DNA from: a virus
Lineage: Duplodnaviria; Heunggongvirae; Uroviricota; Caudoviricetes
Direction: 5' to 3' (one strand)
Length of the DNA stretch: 29,236 bases
Virus record (IMG/VR): IMGVR_UViG_3300034045_000104
Position 1 is the first letter of the stretch. Every line of letters starts with the position of its first letter. The translations under genes were made by a program, and so were the position numbers. The notes under the pieces were generated by a model that worked only from the letters and a program-made list of their open reading frames with translations, had not been told where the DNA came from and did no database searches. Positions 25,779 through 29,236 of this stretch are shown in pieces.

Positions 25779-26312
25779 TTATTTTCCAAACCCTACTTGA
25801 TTCGCTTTGCCTTCAATCCAATTATTCAAATAAGCAACCCACTGAATATAAGGATTACTCTGATTTGATTTCCGATTAAAAAACTCTTCTGCCAATGCGA
25901 AAGCAAATAGCATAACACCTGCAGCTCCTTTATTTTTAAATAGCTCGCTCACAGTTTCCTTGTTATTATCTACAAGGTAAATAATTACACGAGAATGAAT
26001 ATCAACTATCCCTCGCTTATAACTACACATAGCAGAGTCAATGGCATCTATAGAATTGCCAATTAAAAGCGCATCATCCATACTCCTATCATCCCAATAA
26101 TCAAAACCCAGACAATCAGCACAAAATGTTCTGAATCTAGTTGTACTATAGTTATATAGCTGATTCATAACCAGAAGCCTGCCGACCTTTGGCCCTTCTT
26201 CAGAAAACCGCACCAACTCCTTAAACACCATGTTTTCATAATCCTTATCCTTTAAATAGCATTTTATAGCTGAAAAAACAGGACCAAGTTCATCAAATTT
26301 AAATTCATTCAT
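25779..26312 (-). CDS. hypothetical protein
   Basis: 177-aa ORF, GAGGTG RBS, promoter 26346-26360. Confidence 0.75.
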   Translation of the reverse strand: MNEFKFDELGPVFSAIKCYLKDKDYENMVFKELVRFSEEGPKVGRLLVMNQLYNYSTTRFRTFCADCLGFDYWDDRSMDDALLIGNSIDAIDSAMCSYKRGIVDIHSRVIIYLVDNNKETVSELFKNKGAAGVMLFAFALAEEFFNRKSNQSNPYIQWVAYLNNWIEGKANQVGFGK

Positions 26313-26409
26313 ACATTTAACACCTCTAATTAATCAATATAATGCATTATAGATTCGCTAAAAACCTCTGATACATGAGTTCAAGGACAGAATTCATCCA
26401 GATTAGCAG

Positions 26410-26597
26410 TTAAACAAGCTCAAACAATTCAACAACCAATTCTTTCATTTCCTCTAAAGACGTTGCCTGTCTTGTTTTAGCTTTCAAATCTTTAATTTTG
26501 TAAAATCATAGCTCGCATTTCAATTTAGATATCTTAGCTTGACGAAATTTTTCAAGCTTTAATGCCGAGCCATGGACTCCAAGACTATGTTTTTCAT
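26410..26597 (-). pseudogene. possible frameshifted and nonsense-interrupted coiled-coil ORF
   Basis: ATG overlaps the upstream TGA; MKNIVLESMARH* then another frame ALKLEKFRQAKISKLKCEL*FYKIKDLKAKTRQATSLEEMKELVVELFELV*. Confidence 0.35.
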
Positions 26598-26764
26598 TCA
26601 ATAGCTTTTGGAAACAACTCTTTTACCTTATCCATTCCACCTTCCTTTAGGGCATTTGATCTGGTAATAGCCCCAATACCATCAAGTGCATATAGTACAA
26701 TGATATCTGAGATGCCATAGGTTTTAGAAATATGATTAATTGTTTTACTCGAAAGATTTTTCAT
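26594..26764 (-). CDS. small hypothetical protein (start likely ATG 26764)
   Basis: GAGG RBS, 56 aa. Confidence 0.6.
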   Translation of the reverse strand: MKNLSSKTINHISKTYGISDIIVLYALDGIGAITRSNALKEGGMDKVKELFPKAIE

Positions 26765-26811
26765 TTTATTCCTCAAAAGATATGCACCTACTTAATAGGT
26801 GATAAAAAAGA

Positions 26812-27021
26812 TTAGTGCTTAGTATTGCAAATTTCATCAGCACAAATAGTTAACTCTGCAAATCTATCTATCTTTGCTTCAAGTTGTTGAAGTCCCAGAT
26901 CATCAATAATGAAATCTTTTTTATACGCACCCAAGACATCATAAAGCTCCTCGTCCATGTTAGAATTTAAAATTTCAACTGCCTTGGCCATCGTGTTTAA
27001 CTCTTCTTTACTAAAATTCAT
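26812..27021 (-). CDS. small acidic hypothetical protein
   Basis: 69 aa; promoter variant 27049-27063. Confidence 0.65.
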   Translation of the reverse strand: MNFSKEELNTMAKAVEILNSNMDEELYDVLGAYKKDFIIDDLGLQQLEAKIDRFAELTICADEICNTKH

Positions 27022-27057
27022 ATTATTCTCTTATTTATTAATTGATTAACTATAACG

Positions 27058-27240
27058 CTACTCAAATTCTAATAACTCATCACATGAGCTAATAAAAAGC
27101 TCAAGTTCATTATCGGGACTTTCGCCATCTTGGATCTCTTCACACATCAGCGTAAATAATTCATTCACTTCATTTGCCAAATCAGGATTTGTTTTGATAA
27201 AATCCTGTGCGTATGCTTTTGCTTGTTCTACTTGGTCCAT
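27058..27240 (-). CDS. very acidic small helical protein
   Basis: 60 aa, 17 D/E vs 2 K; promoter 27266-27280. Confidence 0.7.
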   Translation of the reverse strand: MDQVEQAKAYAQDFIKTNPDLANEVNELFTLMCEEIQDGESPDNELELFISSCDELLEFE

Positions 27241-27304
27241 TTGAAATCTCTGTAAATTAAAACTAATTATAGGTAATCTAAATTACCACCCAGTTACATG
27301 CCAG

Positions 27305-27556
27305 TTATGCACTGGCAAGAACATCAATTAAATCCTCAAGACTAACATCATTATAAATAGAGTAATGATACCCGTCATGGTCAAGCAAAGTCAGTCTATC
27401 GTTTACTACAGTTAACTCAGCATAGTTATTAAGGTTTACTGCTATTGCTTTTGCATCAACGTGTTTTGATGTGGTTTTGCTTGCATCTACTTTTTCTCGC
27501 AAATCATGAATTACTCTTTGTTCTAGGTTTCTGTATTGGTGCTTAAAATTTTCCAT
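27305..27556 (-). CDS. hypothetical protein (possible distant paralog of 12775-13044)
   Basis: 83-aa ORF, AGGG RBS. Confidence 0.7.
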   Translation of the reverse strand: MENFKHQYRNLEQRVIHDLREKVDASKTTSKHVDAKAIAVNLNNYAELTVVNDRLTLLDHDGYHYSIYNDVSLEDLIDVLASA

Positions 27557-27581
27557 AGGTTTACCCTGTTGTTATATTCAA

Positions 27582-27749
27582 TTAAGTTAAATCGTTAATA
27601 TCTATGTATGCTTTGAAATTTCTTTTTGCTTCCGATAACGAAACGTAAGAATATTTTTTTGTTAAAACGCTCCCATCTTTAGCAACGTATTTGCACTTTA
27701 TAAATGATTGCTTATCTACTGCATCTATTTCTGATAATTTAATTCCCAT
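27582..27749 (-). CDS. small hypothetical protein, 55 aa, absent from the ORF track
   Basis: Hand translation MGIKLSEIDAVDKQSFIKCKYVAKDGSVLTKKYSYVSLSEAKRNFKAYIDINDLT; AAGGG RBS. Confidence 0.55.
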   Translation of the reverse strand: MGIKLSEIDAVDKQSFIKCKYVAKDGSVLTKKYSYVSLSEAKRNFKAYIDINDLT

Positions 27750-27872
27750 TTTAACGCCCTTTAATCTGCCAATAAAAAGTATATAACATTAAACAAGCCA
27801 TACCTGATCTTCGTTCAGTACATTACCAAACCGTTATATTTTGAATTATAGATAGGCTCAAAAAGAATCAGG

Positions 27873-28034
27873 TTAGGCAGCATCAAGCTCACATAACTGC
27901 CCGCCTTTCAATATGTATTGCATATCGTCAAAGTCTTCCCATTCTGTATAACAGTGGCACCCACTTTCATAGGAATGTTCTAAGCTCTTATATCCTGCTA
28001 ATTTAGCCTGTTCTAGCGCATCGGACTCGCTGAT
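27873..28034 (-). pseudogene. start-less 53-codon frame, probably the detached C-terminus of the 28040 gene
   Basis: ISESDALEQAKLAGYKSLEHSYESGCHCYTEWEDFDDMQYILKGGQLCELDAA* is preceded immediately by TGA. Confidence 0.45.
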
Positions 28035-28039
28035 TCATA

Positions 28040-28609
28040 TTATAATTTGGTGGTTATTACCCTTTTAAGGTACATCTCTCCATCATCAATAACAAAGCCT
28101 GCATTGATGCCTGTGCCCGTTATATCGCACTTTCTAGCAAACAATAGGTTTGTTTCTGTAAGGATTCTATTTTTTATGTTTGAAATCTCAAGTCTTAATG
28201 CCTCACTCACATCTTCAAGTCCACCACCGAGTTCTATATTCAAGCGAGTATTGGTCTTCATAGACTCTTCTTTAAGTTTTAAATCAGTCATTAGCTCGTT
28301 GTACAAACTCATATCATTTCCTATCATTTTACTGACCAACTCAAACATTTCATTAACAAGATTTTCAACTCCATCTATGCTCTCAAGGCTTCTTAAACTA
28401 AAGTCTTGTCTTTGCTCATCATCAACATAAATAAATCCAATATAGTATTCATCAGAAGTTGGAGACCTATCTATCACAAGACGTTTACCACCAAACAAAC
28501 CAGATGCATAAAAACCCTTTGATGCACCTACATGCATTTGCTTAAGCGAGCTGTTTATTAAATCCTTTAATTGCTTATCAGCCTTTTCTCTAATTGGAAG
28601 CATGAACAT
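28040..28609 (-). CDS. hypothetical protein, possibly C-terminally truncated
   Basis: 189-aa ORF, AGGTGA RBS, promoter 28643-28657; ends shortly after FARKCDITGTGINAGFVIDDGEMYLK. Confidence 0.7.
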   Translation of the reverse strand: MFMLPIREKADKQLKDLINSSLKQMHVGASKGFYASGLFGGKRLVIDRSPTSDEYYIGFIYVDDEQRQDFSLRSLESIDGVENLVNEMFELVSKMIGNDMSLYNELMTDLKLKEESMKTNTRLNIELGGGLEDVSEALRLEISNIKNRILTETNLLFARKCDITGTGINAGFVIDDGEMYLKRVITTKL

Positions 28610-28706
28610 ATATCACCTGTGTTGTTTGATTTATTAAGAATAATTATATATAGACGAAAAAAAAGGGGCAGGGCGCAATTGCCATACCCATAATGAAATA
28701 TTATTT

Positions 28707-28877
28707 TCAGCCGCCCGCCCCATCTAAAAATATGTCGCAACAATCAGGCGAGTGCCTATCAGTGGTTACGACAGTAATAGAACAATCAATTGCACAGTTA
28801 TCTGCTGATGTCACATAGACTTTTGCATCTTGATTAGGTTGTTTCTTAAGTTCTTCAATTAGTTCTCTAATAGTCAT
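28707..28877 (-). CDS. small phage-type protein, 56 aa, absent from the ORF track
   Basis: Hand translation MTIRELIEELKKQPNQDAKVYVTSADNCAIDCSITVVTTDRHSPDCCDIFLDGAGG; GAGAG RBS; promoter 28908-28922. Confidence 0.65.
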   Translation of the reverse strand: MTIRELIEELKKQPNQDAKVYVTSADNCAIDCSITVVTTDRHSPDCCDIFLDGAGG

Positions 28878-28984
28878 TACATTTACTCTCTGATAGTTAT
28901 ATATTCAATTATAAAGATGCTCAAACACCACCCAAAAAAAACCCCGCCTTACAAAGTAGGGCAGGGCATTAATTAAGTTATGAT

Positions 28985-29236
28985 TTAGGTTATGAAACTA
29001 TTCACAATCGCAGCACCATCCATATCACACGCATTGCTGCAATAACTCCTGTGCATTTGCTAGTTTTATTTTTGTCTCATCTGACAAACCATCAATCAAC
29101 TAACAGAGTATCTCCCTGAATTTTACATTCAAGCAAACTAAAAACAAAATGCGCCATACCATCAAAGGATATAATCGCATCGTGATCGCAGTATTTAACG
29201 GCAATTGTTTCTTGTTCGTGTACGTAGCAATTAATT
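28985..29236 (-). pseudogene. 3' part of a minus-strand gene, apparently broken across frames
   Basis: Protein-like segments in three frames (INCYVHEQETIAVKY...LVD*, LIDGLSDETKIKLANAQELL..., CSNACDMDGAAIVNSFIT*); runs off the window. Confidence 0.3.

Larger units (their letters stand above)
2167..28922 (-). promoter_or_regulatory. family of ~40-45 gene-proximal promoters, consensus T(A)G(C/T)-N4-(C/T)-TATAAT
   Basis: Plus-strand ATTATA-N5-GCTA exact at 2715, 3216, 7324, 10509, 10893, 12450, 14188, 17224, 18703, 19125, 20425, 24343, 26346; ACTA/ACGA/GCTC/ACCA variants at most other genes. Confidence 0.8.

Noticed and set aside
18449-28430. ORFs 18449-18661, 18948-19244, 20848-21075, 21017-21241, 25293-25571, 25303-25512, 28047-28430
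   Set aside because: Antisense or alternative-frame overlaps of better-supported genes that have promoter and RBS.
2167-28922. Integron cassette array
   Set aside because: No integrase and no attC-like sites (RYYYAAC...GTTRRRY) recognised between genes; the genes carry their own promoters.
28666-28966. Two KOPS-like GGGCAGGG octamers (28666, 28959)
   Set aside because: Only two copies, both within terminator-like GC hairpins.
1-29236. Prophage, IS elements, tRNA or rRNA genes
   Set aside because: No structural, terminase, integrase or transposase motifs and no cloverleaf or rRNA-like sequence recognised.

Overview
AT-rich (roughly one-third GC by eye, not computed) segment of a large mobile element, most likely a conjugative plasmid or ICE. 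Backbone evidence: an IcmP/DotM/TrbA-like type IVB coupling-complex gene (1-1797), a SleB-type cell wall hydrolase, a MoxR-like AAA+/vWA pair, and a type Ib partition locus (parA + RHH gene) behind a 480-bp 8-bp-periodic array. The rest is about 45 small co-oriented minus-strand genes, most with their own copy of an unusual promoter (TAGC-N5-TATAAT, near-invariant G at -19, no -35) and often a terminator. This resembles a leading/early anti-defence region. Best candidates for new biology: (1) a stand-alone plus-strand mini-array of type I-F CRISPR repeat mimics with short spacers and no cas genes (24592-24734; Racr-like RNA anti-CRISPR candidate); (2) a ~135-nt GGA-rich transcript with a perfect CsrA SELEX core (3256-3393; CsrA/RsmA sponge candidate); (3) an unannotated Rmf-like gene; (4) a divergent C5 methyltransferase; (5) an over-represented, strand-biased 9-mer GCACTGGCA. 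All family assignments come from motif recognition; no searches were run.
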